This document shows, in pieces, positions 36,524 to 50,509 of a stretch of DNA of 64,000 bases (positions are counted from its first letter, which is position 1; every line of letters begins with the position of its first letter). A model generated the notes under the pieces. The model ran no database searches. It was not told where the DNA came from and worked only from the letters and a program-made list of their open reading frames with translations. Origin of the DNA: Octopus sinensis. Lineage: Eukaryota. Where the stretch lies: contig NW_021835955.1 in NCBI RefSeq assembly GCF_006345805.1, positions 90,427-154,426 on the forward strand, given 5' to 3'. Position numbers and translations under genes: made by a program.

Positions 36524-36822
36524 TCATCATCAGCATCATCATCGTTTAGCGTCCGCTTTCCATGCTAGCATGGGTTGGACGGTTCAACTGGGGTCTGGGA
36601 AGCCAGAAAGCTGAACCAAGCCCAGTCTGATCTGGCAATGTTTCTACGGCTGGATGCCCTTCCTAACACCAACCACTCCATGAGTGTAGTGGGTGCTTTT
36701 TACGTGCCACCGGCACAGGTGCCAGACAAGGCTGGCAAACGGCCACGATCGGATGGTGCTTTATATGTGCCACCGGCACTGGTATCACAGCTGCAATTTC
36801 CATTGATGTTGATTGATTTTGA
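36524..36822 (-). mobile_element. Family E repeat
   Basis: Reverse complement of E with (CAT)n at the left end. Confidence 0.85.
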
Positions 36823-36846
36823 TATATATAATATATATATATATAG

Positions 36847-36903
<57 letters not shown>

Positions 36904-36978
36904 GAGAGAGATAGATAGATAGATAGATAGGTAGATAGAGAGATATACATATATGTAATAATAATAATGGATTCTCCT

Positions 36979-37028
36979 GTCATCGAAGAAGGGATATAAT
37001 ATATATATCCTGGAAACAGCTGTAAGAC
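36979..37028 (+). ncRNA. Degenerate hammerhead-like motif, same type as 25673
   Basis: gtca-TCGAAGA, stem II GGATATA/TATATCC, GAAA-CAGCTG-TA-agac. Confidence 0.45.
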
Positions 37029-37184
37029 CTTCTATCTATAAATGTTCTAAAATCTACACAGCCTTGGTTTTTTATCTCATTATGAAAGATATTTTTATAT
37101 ACACACGCTGACATATGACCAACGTTGAACACCTTATTCGCATAATCACCAAACCTGGAACTCAAATATGATACATTTCCATAC

Positions 37185-37234
<50 letters not shown>

Positions 37235-37419
37235 CTGTGTGTCAGTGTGTGTAAGTAGACTCTATATTTACTCTAAGTGATTGGTGCTAATGCACAACAC
37301 ATTTTGTTGCTTTTGGATATTAGGGATTTCAAATTTTTACCATTGTTATTAGTATGTTATCACAAAATTAGCTCATCATATTCACGTACATATCCGTACA
37401 CCTAAATTTTGCAAGTATT

Positions 37420-37638
37420 ACTCTTTTACTCTTTTACTTGTTTCAGTCATTTAACTGCGGCCATGCTGGAGCACCGCCTTAATCGAGCAACTCGACCCCA
37501 GGACTTATTCTTTTGTAAGCCCAGTACTTATTCTATTGGTCTCCTTTGCCGAACCGCTAAGTAACGGGGAAATAAACACACCAGCATTGGTTGTCAAGCA
37601 ATGCTAGGAGGACAAACACAGACACACAAACACACACA

Positions 37639-37690
<52 letters not shown>

Positions 37691-37854
37691 TACGATGGGC
37701 TTCTTTCAGTTTCCATCTACCAATCCACTCACAAGGCTTTGGTCGGCCCGAGGCTACAGTAGAAGACACTTGCCCAAGGTGCCACGCAGTGGGACTGAAC
37801 CCGGAACCATGTGATTGGTAAACAAGCTACTTACCACACAGCCACTCCTGCGCC
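37420..37854 (-). mobile_element. Family A SINE, full length, little decay
   Basis: Complete reverse complement of A with CpGs retained. Confidence 0.92.
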
Positions 37855-37879
37855 TATTCTTAACTTTTTTTTAAGAACT

Positions 37880-38900
37880 CCCACAACACATTTTCAAATG
37901 CATTTTTGTCTTAACAAAATACTTATATACAGGTATTGTTCCAGCTCTACACACTTCTTCTGGCACTGTCTTACCATATTAGCAACGACCAGTTCACCAA
38001 GGAAACCACATTTACTTTCATGCAGATGATTGTTGGTGGTGAAATGGTTATTAATGTAATTTAGGAATATTCTCACCAAGAGTTTGCCATCGTTCTACAT
38101 GAGGAAAATGCTTCTAGCTTTTGTATAACTATCACCTTTGTTCTTGTATATAAAACTGAATATTTGTAACATACTTGAACTCCTGTGGAGTATTGCCCAC
38201 TGATCACACAAAAATAGTCAGCACAGTTAGTTTTTCAGTGTGCATTGCACCACCCTATGGGACATTCAGCAATAATTATGTCAGCACCTGGTGCCTTATT
38301 ACAGTACAGTCACCTTATAACAGAATTGGTCTCAAAAGAGTTAGGAACTTCACTAAGAGCCAGATTGATGAGAATCTGCCCCAGATTGTCAATAGATTTC
38401 TTGTTTATGCCTGATAATTTTTCTTTTTCAGAGTATTTTGAAGGGAAAGTTTTCAGCCCATCGGTCATTCATATATTGCTTCTTTGCTTGTGATATGTAT
38501 ACTCCCGTCTGCTGTAAGAATAGATAAAACACCCTCAGAAGTTGGGACATAAAATCGTAGTCTTTTTCTTTTGCATTATTTCTGGCTTCTTAACAAACAT
38601 TTCTGCCTTCTTAACTCATTCTTGAAGCCAGTTATTTTTCATGATCCTAAATTTTTTTCCTGGTGTACCCTTCTACATGAGTGCACAGCATGAGCTTTTG
38701 ACAGTAAGTTTGAGTTACTTCTAACAACATTGATAAACTTATTCTTCATGTAAAGAAGCCCCTGGATTTCATTTTTATTTTCATCTGACAAATCCTGGTA
38801 CTGTCTACATTGATGGTCAAGAATGTCAGCTGCAAAGGTTTAGGGATACTCTTTTAAAGTCATTCATTTCCCTATTAGCCTTTTCTTTATAACTCTTGCT
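37880..38900 (-). pseudogene. Ancient RTE-clade reverse transcriptase relic
   Basis: Minus-strand fragments NKAPGAD, PQEFK, IYKNKGD, GKLLVRIFLN, LHESKCGF, NMVRQCQKKCVE, AFENV in RT order; many stops and frameshifts. Confidence 0.75.
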
Positions 38901-39394
38901 CAGGATTCCTTATCTCACAATTACCCTTCTCTTATGACTTTCACAGTTATATGTTACATGTGTGACTAAGTATAGTAGTGAACTTCTTCTCCTTATGTTA
39001 GAGATGCCACAAGATTTAGTCAAACCTCTCCAATACACCATTTTCCCACCTCTCTCTTATTACTCTAGCTCTCTAACCTATCTTGAGGCATATAGATAAG
39101 CTATCTTATCAGACCTGCATGTACTCCACAAACTCAACTTTATACTTCTCACTGGGCATTTGGTAGTGATATTCATCCGGCACTCTCTCTCTTTATCCAT
39201 GTCATCATTCTCTATCCTCTTTATTCCTGGGGCCACAATAAGTCATACTCAGTATATTCTGTTAAATTAAGTGTTAGGAGGAGTCTTTAGTCTTGTAGAA
39301 GACATGACAATCTTTCTCTCATGCTCTGTACACTGTTGTATGTGAGTATGTATAAGTGCATATGCGTGTGTGTGTATGTATGTGTATGTATATA

Positions 39395-39430
<36 letters not shown>

Positions 39431-39466
39431 TGTATGTATGTATGTATGTATGTGTGTGTATATATA

Positions 39467-39508
<42 letters not shown>

Positions 39509-39512
<4 letters not shown>

Positions 39513-40350
39513 GTCTGATCAATAAGTATCCGGACTGTTGCCTTAGTAATGTAACTAAGATATGCAGTGTGAAGCCGCTTGGTACAGATTAATCTTGAAT
39601 TCTGCTGTGCAAGCACACTAGGTCTTAACGTTCTAGTTCACTTCCATTGCTTTCAACAGTGCTTGGGAGGAAGATGTGGGATTGTCGCATTGACCATGGC
39701 AGAGAAAGTTCTCATGGTGATACCCGCTGAGTGGCAGAAAGTCCATGTAGAGGAATGTATAAGCTGCACATAAGTGTACAAGTGGTTCAGATGTTTCCAA
39801 GATGGCCAAAAAAATGTTGATATTGAAGAGCGTTCAGGGAAACTTGCAACCAGCAGAACTGAGAAAATCATCACAGATGTGCATGCAGCTGTGAGGGGAA
39901 TTCGTTGAATCACCATCTTTGAGTTATTAGAGGATGTGCAGATTAGTTACAGTTCAGTCCATTATCACTGAAGATTTGGGTATGAGATGCATGTCTGCCA
40001 ATTTTGTGCCAAAACTGCTTTCAGCTGACCAAAAAGACATTCGGGTTTCAGTTGCACAGGATCTCCTTGACTGAGTCAAGAATGATGAAAACTTTCCGAA
40101 AACTTTGCACAGGCCTCTGAGCAGGTATTGCCAAACCTTGGAAGATTCTCTGCTCAACATTCTCTGTCATGGTCAATGTGACGATCACATGCTACAGACC
40201 TTCATTCCAAGCTCTGCTGTAAACAGCAGAAGTGAGTTAGAACGTTTAAACTTAGTCTACATGCACAGCAGAGTTCAAGATCAATCTGTACTAAGTGGCT
40301 TTACTCTGTGTACTATAGCAACAGTCCGTATACTTATTGATCAGACCATG
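39509..40350 (+). mobile_element. Non-autonomous mariner derivative with long inverted ends
   Basis: TIR GGTCTGATCAATAAGTAT(C/A)CGGACTGTTGC at both ends within TA runs; internal VYKWFRCFQDG..EERSGK and EDLGMRCMSANFVPKLLSADQK. Confidence 0.9.
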
Positions 40351-41019
40351 TATATATATATACCCACACACACATACATACACACCCATATGTGCGTCTA
40401 CACAACCATATGAATATAATTCTTTCTGTGTGTGTGTGTGTATGCCTATGTGTGTGTGTGTGTGTGTGTGTTGCATGCATATGTATGTATGGACATATAT
40501 ATATATCATCACCATTTAAGCAGATGCTAAATGATGATGATGATATATGTATATATTATATACACACACACACACACATACATACATACATACATACACA
40601 CATACAAGTTGATATAAAATTCATTAACATTGTAATGCATCATCATATATTCATATGTATATATGTATATTTATTGATAAATCCCACTTCCTTGCACATG
40701 CATTTGAACAGAGATGTGGTATACATTAATATACACCAAATCTGTGTAAATACATGTGACCGTTCCTGAGACATCGAAGGCGGTGAAACAGTTGCTTTTA
40801 GTCTTTATTAGAAAATTTATAGATAGAAATTTTTAAATCTTGTTTTGATTTATACTCTGTAGACTTATTTAATACAACCTGCACTTGACAGCTTATTTTA
40901 TCAGATTCAAGCAGGTGGAAGGATCTTGTATCTCTTACAACAGTGTTCTGTAACCAAAGACCCAAGTGTCTATAGGTTATGTCTAAGGCGTGTATGTGAA
41001 ATGAAAATTTATGATCACT

Positions 41020-41570
41020 GAAAGAAAGCGAGAGAGAGAGTGAGGTAAACGGAGAGAGAAGGGGGGGAAGAAAGAGAGAGAGAGAGAGAGAGAGATGAAT
41101 GGAAAGAAGCAGAGAGTAAAAGTCAAACATAGACAGACATAAATATATAGGAGGGCTGAGAAAGAGAGAGAGAGAGAGAGAGAGACGAAAAGAGACAGAG
41201 AATGTGAGCAGTGCAACCACAGAATAAGTGTAAAGTGAGGGAGAACACAAATACAGAGTAAGTATAGAAAGAAAGAGAAACAAAGAGAGAGAGAGAGGGG
41301 GTGCAAGCTTAAACTGGCAAAGAGAGATAAAGTAAGATAAACAAAGAAATGGAGGATGAAAGTGAGGACAGGCTAACAGTGATATAGAAAGCGAGATTAA
41401 GATATATAGAGAAACAAAGGAAGAGTGAGGGAGAGGGGAGAGAGAGAGCAACAGAGATAGAGACCAAAGAGAGAGAGAGAGACACACACACAGAACAGAA
41501 AGAGAGAAAGAGATAGAGAGAGAGACACAGAGAGAGCGGAAGAGAGAGAGAGAGAGAGAGAGAGAAAGAT
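41020..41570. repeat. (GA)n purine-rich tract
   Basis: Direct inspection. Confidence 0.9.
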
Positions 41571-41901
41571 AATGGGAGATCCTAAAAGAAAATATTTTGC
41601 ATACATAACACATAAAACATTGTTCTTACAATGAAGAGCAGTCACCTAACAGGAAATATGGTAAGCTGTGTTGTAGTATTAAAAACGTTGAGGAACTAAC
41701 TGTTCCTTGGTCTCAGAAAGCCAAGTTCTCAAATCCAGAAACTTTACAGCCTCAACATACTACTTTGTTGCTACATTAAGAACGAAGAAATTTCTAAAAT
41801 AAATTGACACTGAATATTTGTGGACATTTTGCCATGTATGAGAACGTTTCAACCATCATCTAGTGATCCATGAATTCCCTTTTTATCTGATACACCTAAA
41901 T

Positions 41902-42551
41902 CACTGGGTCTTAACCTAGGTCTATATGATCCCTGGGGGTCCATATAAGATTTTTTAGGGCGTGGTCCACACAAGCATAATAGTAGATTGGGGATTCACA
42001 ATAGTATTATAAGGGTCCATGAAAAAATTGCATTAAATAGATTTCTTTCTCTAAAGTTTTATATTGTTTAGCATGTTTATGGTTACTGAAGCATGTTCCC
42101 TCAGAGAGTGCTAGTGTGGAGGTATGTGGTTTGGTGGTGAGGGTGTTAGACTCATGATTGTAAGATTGTGGTTTTGATTCCTGGACCAGGCAACATGTTG
42201 TGTTCTTGAGCAAAATACTTCATTTCACATTACTCCAATCCACTCAGCTGGCAAAAATGAGTAATACTGTAATGTACTGGTGTCCCATCCAGGTGAGGGA
42301 ATATATACACCATGGAACCAGGGAATCAGCCTTTATGAGTCAGCATGACTCAAGAAAGTAAACTTTACGTTTTTCTCGAGAGTGCTTGTGCAAACCCAAA
42401 TGAGAGAGTGAGTGAGTGAAAAAGATAAATGTAGGAATTTTGAAAGAAGTATTTATAAAACTAGTTTTAAAACATTGAATGGCTCTGAGGGCCTACCAGA
42501 ATAAAATAATAATTAAAGAGGCCCATAGGTAACATATGATGTAAACCACTG
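41902..42551. mobile_element. hAT-like MITE (tentative) hosting a SINE
   Basis: Ends CACTGGGTCTTAACC and GTAAACCACTG resemble CAGTGGTT-type hAT TIRs; 8-bp TSD poorly preserved. Confidence 0.45.
42115..42372 (+). mobile_element. Family C SINE with 9-bp TSD
   Basis: GAGAGTGCT at 42104-42112 and 42378-42386; GTGGAGG head. Confidence 0.85.
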
Positions 42552-44319
42552 ATCTATGCCAAGCATCTAAAACAACACCAGAAATTCTCTTTCTCTGTTT
42601 CATGCAAAATTGTCACCATCAAGTTGAATACATTGAAAAGCAGGTCTAGAGAGTTTATAGAGTTATAAAGGCAGATGTGGGAGAGTTGAGGATTGCTGTG
42701 TAAAAAGAGGCAAATTAAAAGAAAGGCATCGTCTTGACACTTCGCTAACAAGAAACATTGACAGAAATTCTTCTGGACAGGTAGCAGTGCTGGATTTGTC
42801 ATTGGCAAAGGAATGGAGAAGATAAGTATTTAGGGTACTTAGAATATATGTATAAGCACAGACAAGGGTTCCCAAGAGGTTGCTTCTCTACCTCATGGTT
42901 CTGAGTTCAGTTTCACAGCATGCCACCTTGAGCAAATGTCTTCTGCTATAGCTCCTGGCCAACCAAATCCATGTGAGTAGATCTGGTTGATGGAAACTGT
43001 AAGATGCCTGTCATATATGAATGTATATATGTATGAATGTATGTATGTATGTATGTATGTATGTATGTATGTATGTATGTATGTATGTATGTATGTATGT
43101 ATGTATGTATGTATGTATGCATGTACATATGCATGTATTCATTTACATATGCTTGTATATATGTATGTACGTACATACATATGTGTGTACATGTGTATGT
43201 ATGTATGTATGTATGTATGTATGTATGTATACATGTATTGAAATTAAATTATTTGTAAAAATCTTTAGAAAACAGCAGTTTAACACAGACTAAATGAAAA
43301 TTTTTCACCTGAGTACTTTCTGCTGATTTTGGCTTTTCAGACACGTGTTATAAGACAACCTGTGTAGAAATATTTCTTTTTTGTAAAGTATTCACTATTT
43401 CAAGTTTAGTTTAGATTTAGAATTCTGATAAAATACACTTCTTTCCATTTTCAGAGTATAAATATTTTGAATTTTCCATTCACACAGATGTCTAGATGTC
43501 TAGATAGAACATTTCCAGATAGGATGGTTTGTTGATTTGTTGTTTATACACCCTAACTCGGTCCATTCATTTGTTCCTGTTTGGTTGATATAGATCATAT
43601 TGCGTTGTGGACGTGTGATGCTGTGAGTGAAACTTTTTGTTTTGCAATTCATATTTACATCAACATTAAATTCCTTCTCATTCTTGAATTTTTTAGTTTT
43701 ATCCTGTTCAAGCAATTCATATCTCTTACAACGTTGATCTTATTTCGTTACTTGCATAATTTTCTTTATCCAAATTAAATTTGACCTTTTTTTTTTTTTT
43801 TTTTTGAAATTTGGCAATTGTCTTTGGATGCAAATAATTGCATGTGTATGTATGTGTGTGTGTGTGTGTGTGTGTACATCTAAGCATGTTTGTATGTGTG
43901 CAACTTGCAGTTTCTATGGACCAGTTCTATTCCTAATGCATTGGCGAGCCTGTGGTTAAAGAAGCCAAGTGTCACAGTTTCATATTGGTGAAACAAATTC
44001 AGAACTACATAGTTGCAAAGTGTAATTCTGAACCACATGGCTATGCCAGCTAATACCACACACAGAGTCAAGGTCCACAACAAAATTGATATTTATTTTA
44101 ATATAAATATTTGCATTTCCCTATGTATTTTGCGTGTATATTCTTTCATGTATATTAAATTATTATTAGGGGCTTTGTATCATGCATCAGTTTATGTAAC
44201 TATAACAAAGATATATTGAGGGTTATGGTTTTTCCTTGTGAAATAAAGGTGTTACATATGCACAAACACATATACATTCATAGATACATTTACATCTTAA
44301 ATACATTTATCTGTATATC

Positions 44320-44340
44320 CATATGTACGTGTATGCATAC

Positions 44341-44415
<75 letters not shown>

Positions 44416-44499
44416 GTATATGTATATATATATGTATATATGTATATATATGTATATATGTATATATATATTGTATATGTATATGTGTATATATATATG

Positions 44500-44582
<83 letters not shown>

Positions 44583-44830
44583 CATATATATATGTATGTA
44601 TATGTGTGTGTGTTTATGCAATATAATATATTTATACTATATCTTTACATACATTTATACATAAATACCATCATCATACATGTGTATGTAATATATACAT
44701 ATGTATATGTAAAATATATGTATCATATATCTGCATGTGTGTGTGTGTATGTGTATCTATGTATATATGTGTGTGTGTGTATGCACATACAGGAATGTGT
44801 GTGCATGTGTGTGTGTGAATGTGTGTGATG
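44320..44830. repeat. (TA)n/(TATG)n/(TG)n compound microsatellite
   Basis: Direct inspection; similar tracts at ~11030-11160, 27770-28660, 29140-29490, 43020-43235. Confidence 0.95.
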
Positions 44831-46045
44831 TACATGAATGTTTGTGTGTTCCACAGATTTATTGATGCATGCTGCAAAACCATAATAATAATCTAATATA
44901 CATGAAAGAATATACATGCAAAATACATTGGAAAATGCAAATATTAATAATAAATAAATATCAATATTGCCTTGGACAATGGGTGTACATACAGACATAT
45001 AAGCCAGAGTATGCAATTTTAAAAAAATATAACCCTATAACTGAAGGCTGGTACATGTGGCATTTATGTTCCCTCTTTCCAGGAGTGTCACATAAAAATG
45101 AAAGATTTATATTGAATTTGGACATACTGTTTGCATTCATTTATATATATATATATATATACATACATCTTAGGCATGCATTGCCTTCATTGCTTTCATA
45201 CTGGAAATGCCACAGGGATATATAATTTAATACCATAAGGCAGTGTCTTTACTAATATTATTTTATGCCCTCCCACTTTCAAATTGCAGAAATAGAAATA
45301 AAATTGTTTTATACTCGATTGCAATGAGATAGTATTTTTCTAATATGAAATTTGCAACAATAGAATGTTTCTAGCCGGCGGTATAATGTTATTTCAATTA
45401 GTGACCTGGCCATTTACCAAAACCATTTACAATGCATAATTATTCAACTGAACAAGCAAAAAAGTAAAAAGCATTAATCCTGAAATTATGTCAAGCTGAT
45501 GGAGTTCTATCTTGCAAGCTGTTCACTTGTGAAATAGCCAACTCCATTCTGTGGGAGAGAGGGGAGGAAAAAAACTTTGTCAAACTGCCCACTGTATTAT
45601 TGGCAATCTACCATACCGGTCACTCAAGTACAGTTCTAGCGTATTAAATTAAATAATTGAATGGATATTATAGCGATCTGAAACCTTTGATTTGGGATAT
45701 TAAATGTTGAATATAAACCTTTTGTTTGTTAAGCTGAAATCTCTGAAGCTCTTAAAATACTGAAATGGTCTTATGTGAAGCACATGTTTATGAATGCTTA
45801 GCTGATTACTGGTTAGACATTTTATTGAATAGTGGAGCAAAAGCTTTTGTTTCCTTGGTACAGAACTAACTGCAATGTCAACAGAAAATGTATTAGCAGG
45901 GAACTGGAAATAATATTAAAAAAGGGAACTAAGATAGGCTGTGATAGCAACAAAATAAGTACTGGGGTTGAGTTAACAACTAAATCTTCAATGATTGTGC
46001 TCCAGTATGGCCTCAGATAATGACTGAAAGAAGTAAAAACAATTC

Positions 46046-46300
46046 TCCTCTCCATGATGCCTTACATTTCATTCCACAGAGCCAGCAAGAATTATATCAA
46101 CCTGTTAACAGATAGTTAGTTGGCCAACTTACTTTGCCAGCCAGCTGAAACTCTTTTTAGTAAAAAAGAATTTCATTAAGGAATAGATCAAATTATTCCC
46201 CACTTAGTAAGAAACCTCAATATTTATATGTTCTAAACCATCTAATTAGAGTAATAATGCTCCTTATTTTGTTCATGTAGTAAAAATGGAAAAAAAAATC
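46046..46300 (+). repeat. ~250-bp direct duplicate of 49534-49791
   Basis: Long identical stretches, e.g. GCCAGCAAGAATTATATCAACCTGTTAACAGATAGTTAGTTGGCCAACTTACTTTGCCAGCCAGCTGAAACTC. Confidence 0.92.
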
Positions 46301-47819
46301 ACTTCTTTATCAATATTTTGTTTTAAGTGTGGACAATGTCTGCTCAGTTAAGGGAGGAAGTATAGTTGATTGAATCAATCAGTTAGTTACTCTTATTTCA
46401 TTGAATTCCCTCCAGTAGGATGAAAATTGAAATAAACCTGAATGAAGTAGGACTGCCTAAATATACATCTCCAATTGTTATCAGTCTCCTATTCTATTTT
46501 TTGATCCATTTCATTGTAATTTATTGTTTATTAACAATGGTAGATAAAAGACTGAATTTTGAAAGAAAACAATATAGTTAATTAAAACGCCTACAACAGA
46601 TTATTGGTACTTATTTTCATTGACACCAGAAACATAAAAGACAAAAAAGGAGTTCCAATAAAATTTGAAGTTGGAACTAAGAATACATTTTTCTACTACT
46701 TTGAACATGTATAATCCTTATTCGATAATTAATGGTAATCTCTCAGACATAGAAAAATGGTTCTGCAACTTCTTGTTCAACAACCTGCACAGATGATTTT
46801 GTTTATAGCAATCAAATATTTGTGCTACACACATAAGCTCACTCCCTTCATCAAACTGACGATGCCTGTACAGGTGTACAGTGTGCCACACATCAGATGT
46901 TGAAGTGATTGTAGCATGATGTGAAGTGAAATGTTTTGCTCAAGAATATAGTGCAATGCCCGGTCAAGGAATCAGACCCATGATCTTGTAATCCTGAATG
47001 CTTTCCTATATACCCTTTTAACCCATTTTAACACAGGTTAACATTGTCGAAATTTTTAAGATAGTTATATAAATAGGGATAACAAACATACGGAAGCATC
47101 CAGTTAACCTTTATTGAAGTAAATAAACCAAATACAACTGTCATCAAACGAGGACAGTGGATTAATTTTGGTTAATATGACCCACTAAATGATAAAGGGA
47201 TGGTGGTTATAGGGAACAGTAAAAAAATAATAGTGTGTTGATTTAAATGCTTTCCTGTATTTATTTGTACCTCTTTTCACTTTAAATCCAGACTTTATTG
47301 AAGATCATTTTTATCCTTTCAACCATCTGAGGTCAATAAAACAAGTAATTGTAATAAAACTAGAAGCTTTTCAGTTACCTTTAACTCTCCCATCTCCCGA
47401 AAACAAGTTATTAGATTATAGAAGAAAATTGTGATTACAGAATTTGAAAAAATGAGATTTTCTCAGTGTAACAAATTGTTCAAAACTGCAAATTATATAT
47501 CAAATTCATTCCTACAGTTTTGGTTCAAATCATAATTAACTGAAGTTTAAACTGTTATTCCCTATTTTCAGATCTATAAGTAAATATATGAGAGTGGCAT
47601 AAACTCTTGTATCCAGCTCAGGTTAGTTAGATAACACCCAGTCTGTGATATACAGGAACTTTTATTCTTGTTTGAAATCTGGTTTTAAAACATGAGAAGT
47701 AAAATGTTGAAATCAAAATACTAATTTGTTCTTAAGCTTTGAAAAGTTTTCTAATTATGTCTGTAATTAGTATTTTTGTTTTGTTTTTTGTTTGAGTATT
47801 TGTATTGAATTTATATTTT

Positions 47820-48025
47820 TATCTTTAGCTTGTTTCAGTCATTGGACTGTAACCATGGTAGGGCACCACCATGAAGGGTTCAGTCAAACACATTGATCCC
47901 AGCACTTATACTTTATGTCTGGTACTTATTCTATCAGTCTCTTTTGCTGAAATGCTAAGTTACAGGGGTGTAAACAAACCAACATCAGTTGTCAAATGGT
48001 GGTAGGAACTAACACAAACACAAAG

Positions 48026-48057
<32 letters not shown>

Positions 48058-48222
48058 CTATATATGTATACCATGGGTTTCCACACAGTTTTCATCTGCT
48101 AAATTCCCTCATAAGGCATTGTTTGGCCAGTGATATAGAAGACACGTACCTAAGGTGCTGTGCAGAGAGACTGACATGAAAACTTCTTGCTTGCAAACAC
48201 TACTTCTTAACCACACAGCCAT
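47820..48222 (-). mobile_element. Family A SINE, diverged
   Basis: A motifs in reverse complement with internal (CA)n. Confidence 0.8.
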
Positions 48223-48400
48223 ATCTTACAGTTATCAATAAATTTGTTGTTTTGTTACCAGAAAAATATATCAGAAACAGCTATCTTTTATAAATAAACA
48301 TTAGCAAGGAAGGCGCTCTCATTGGTCTAATCCAGTTGGATATCAAAGAAAATCTATATATTTCTTTGTTGAAGGTCTAATTATTGAACTGGTATCATAT

Positions 48401-48735
48401 AAGGTGGTGAGCTGGCTGAAGGGTCGATAAAATAAGTATAAGTTGAGCACTGGGGTCAAAGTAATCAACTTAGACTTACCTGCTCCACTGAAATTGCTGG
48501 CCTTGTTCTAAAATTTGAAATCAATATTATTGAGAGCCTGTAAGGTACACTGGGAAAAATGCTTAGCAGCATTTCATCCAGTTTTACATTCTGAGTTCAA
48601 ATTCCACCAAAGTTGACTTTGCCTTTCCTTCCCTCCAGGATCGATAAAATAAGTACCAGTTGAGCACTGGTGTCGATGTAATCAATTTTAGCCCCACCTC
48701 TGAAATTATTGGTCTTATGTCAAAATTTGGGTAAG
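48401..48735 (+). mobile_element. Two family B SINE copies
   Basis: GATAAAATAAGT..GTTGAGCACTGG repeated. Confidence 0.8.
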
Positions 48736-49290
48736 ACATGAGCAAAAACAATGCAGAGGAAAAGCAAACAAAAGCAATGACCAAGAGTACAAAGTTATCG
48801 CAATAATACCGTGAAGGAAAGAGAGAGCTGTCAACTTTCAGACAATTAGCCATTGTCAAAATAGATGGAAGAAGGGAAAGAAAACATTGGAAAGAGGAAA
48901 ACATAAAAATAATGTTGCGTCAGAGATACAGCATGGCAGACAGAGTAAAGAAGGTGTTTATCAACAGAAAAGACATTTAAGATTAAATAAATGTGACAAG
49001 TGTGAAACACGTTCATGTATGTGTGAGTTAATAGGGAGATAAGCATAGTCATAAATGAATGTGTGTATGTGTGTGTATGTATGTTTGTGTGTGTTTATGT
49101 GTGTACTAGTAGGGAATAAATATGTGGCGGTGTGCAAAGGTGTGATGTTAAGTAAGTTGTGTAAGCAAGGTGTCATAGTGTGTGGTGTGGTTGGTGAAGT
49201 GTGTGTGAGATTGTATATATAGAATGTGCGTTGTAATATACATACATATATATATATATACATATATACATACATACATATATATATATA

Positions 49291-49341
<51 letters not shown>

Positions 49342-50509
49342 ATATAGGAAGTGGGTGGTGTGGCCTCAGCTACTCTTTAACCCTTTGATACACTTCTCCA
49401 ATCGTTTCTCCTTCTTTCCTAACCAAATCCAGTTACTTTTCTTCTTTGGCACTAAGTTCCTCTATACCATTATTCCACATGCAAATAGTTGCCAGTCCAT
49501 TCAAACGTCAGTACCCCAAGTCTCCTCCACTTGTCCTATCCATGATGCCCATTTACATTTCATTCTACAAAGCCAGCAAGAATTATATCAACCTGTTAAC
49601 AGATAGTTAGTTGGCCAACTTACTTTGCCAGCCAGCTGAAACTCTTTTTAGTAAGAAAGAATTTCATTAAGGAATAGATCAAACTATTCCCCACTTAGTA
49701 AGAAACCTCAATATTTATGTGTTCTAAACCATCTAGTTAGAGTAATAATGCTTCTTATTTTGTTCATGTAGTAAATATGGAAAAAAATATCTTCAAATGT
49801 AAATACTTTTCCTTTTGCAGAGAATTTTACCAGCTGATCACTGATGTGGCCATTGACACTAGAATGGGCCACAACAATGCCAACCTGTTTATTGATGACT
49901 TCAGAATTCACATCTGTTTTCCACACCTCTCTCAGCTCTTTAGAAATCTCAATTTTCCTAATTATCTTATTTCCCCACTTCCAGCTTTCACAAATCTACC
50001 AACTTATGCTTTAACATTGATTTCACTACACTACACTAAATCTACTATCACCCTACTCACAATTTTACCATTGCCACTGAAGTTGAGAATTCTGATTTTG
50101 AGGTTTAAACATGCCAAATGGTCAACTTTTTCCGACAGCAAGGTTATCCCAAGCACATATATATAGACATACTTCCCTGCATTTTCCCATGCTTCTCACA
50201 CTTTTTTTCTTTCTGCACATGAACTCTTCTCTGCTGAGAAGGACTGCTTCTATTCAGTTCACATCTTTGATTTAATAAAACATGGCTTCATGTTTTTAAC
50301 CACTATTTTTTTTTGCTTTTGGTCCCCTTCCTCTTTCTTCTAACTTGACAAAGAACAAATGTCTGATACATTAGTTTCTCTAATTTTTTCACAAAACATA
50401 GTCCACTCATTCAGCACTAACCTGGATCAAAAATATAACAACAACATTTCTTAGAAAATTACTGTTTTTAAATCTCATAACGAGAGATATTCAGCAACAG
50501 TACTTTGGA

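Noticed and set aside
40798-41613. 271-aa minus-strand ORF
   Set aside because: Mostly (CT)n translation; the unique C-terminal part has no recognisable domain
43488-43622. CAG..GTGAGT bounded candidate exon
   Set aside because: Stops in all three frames
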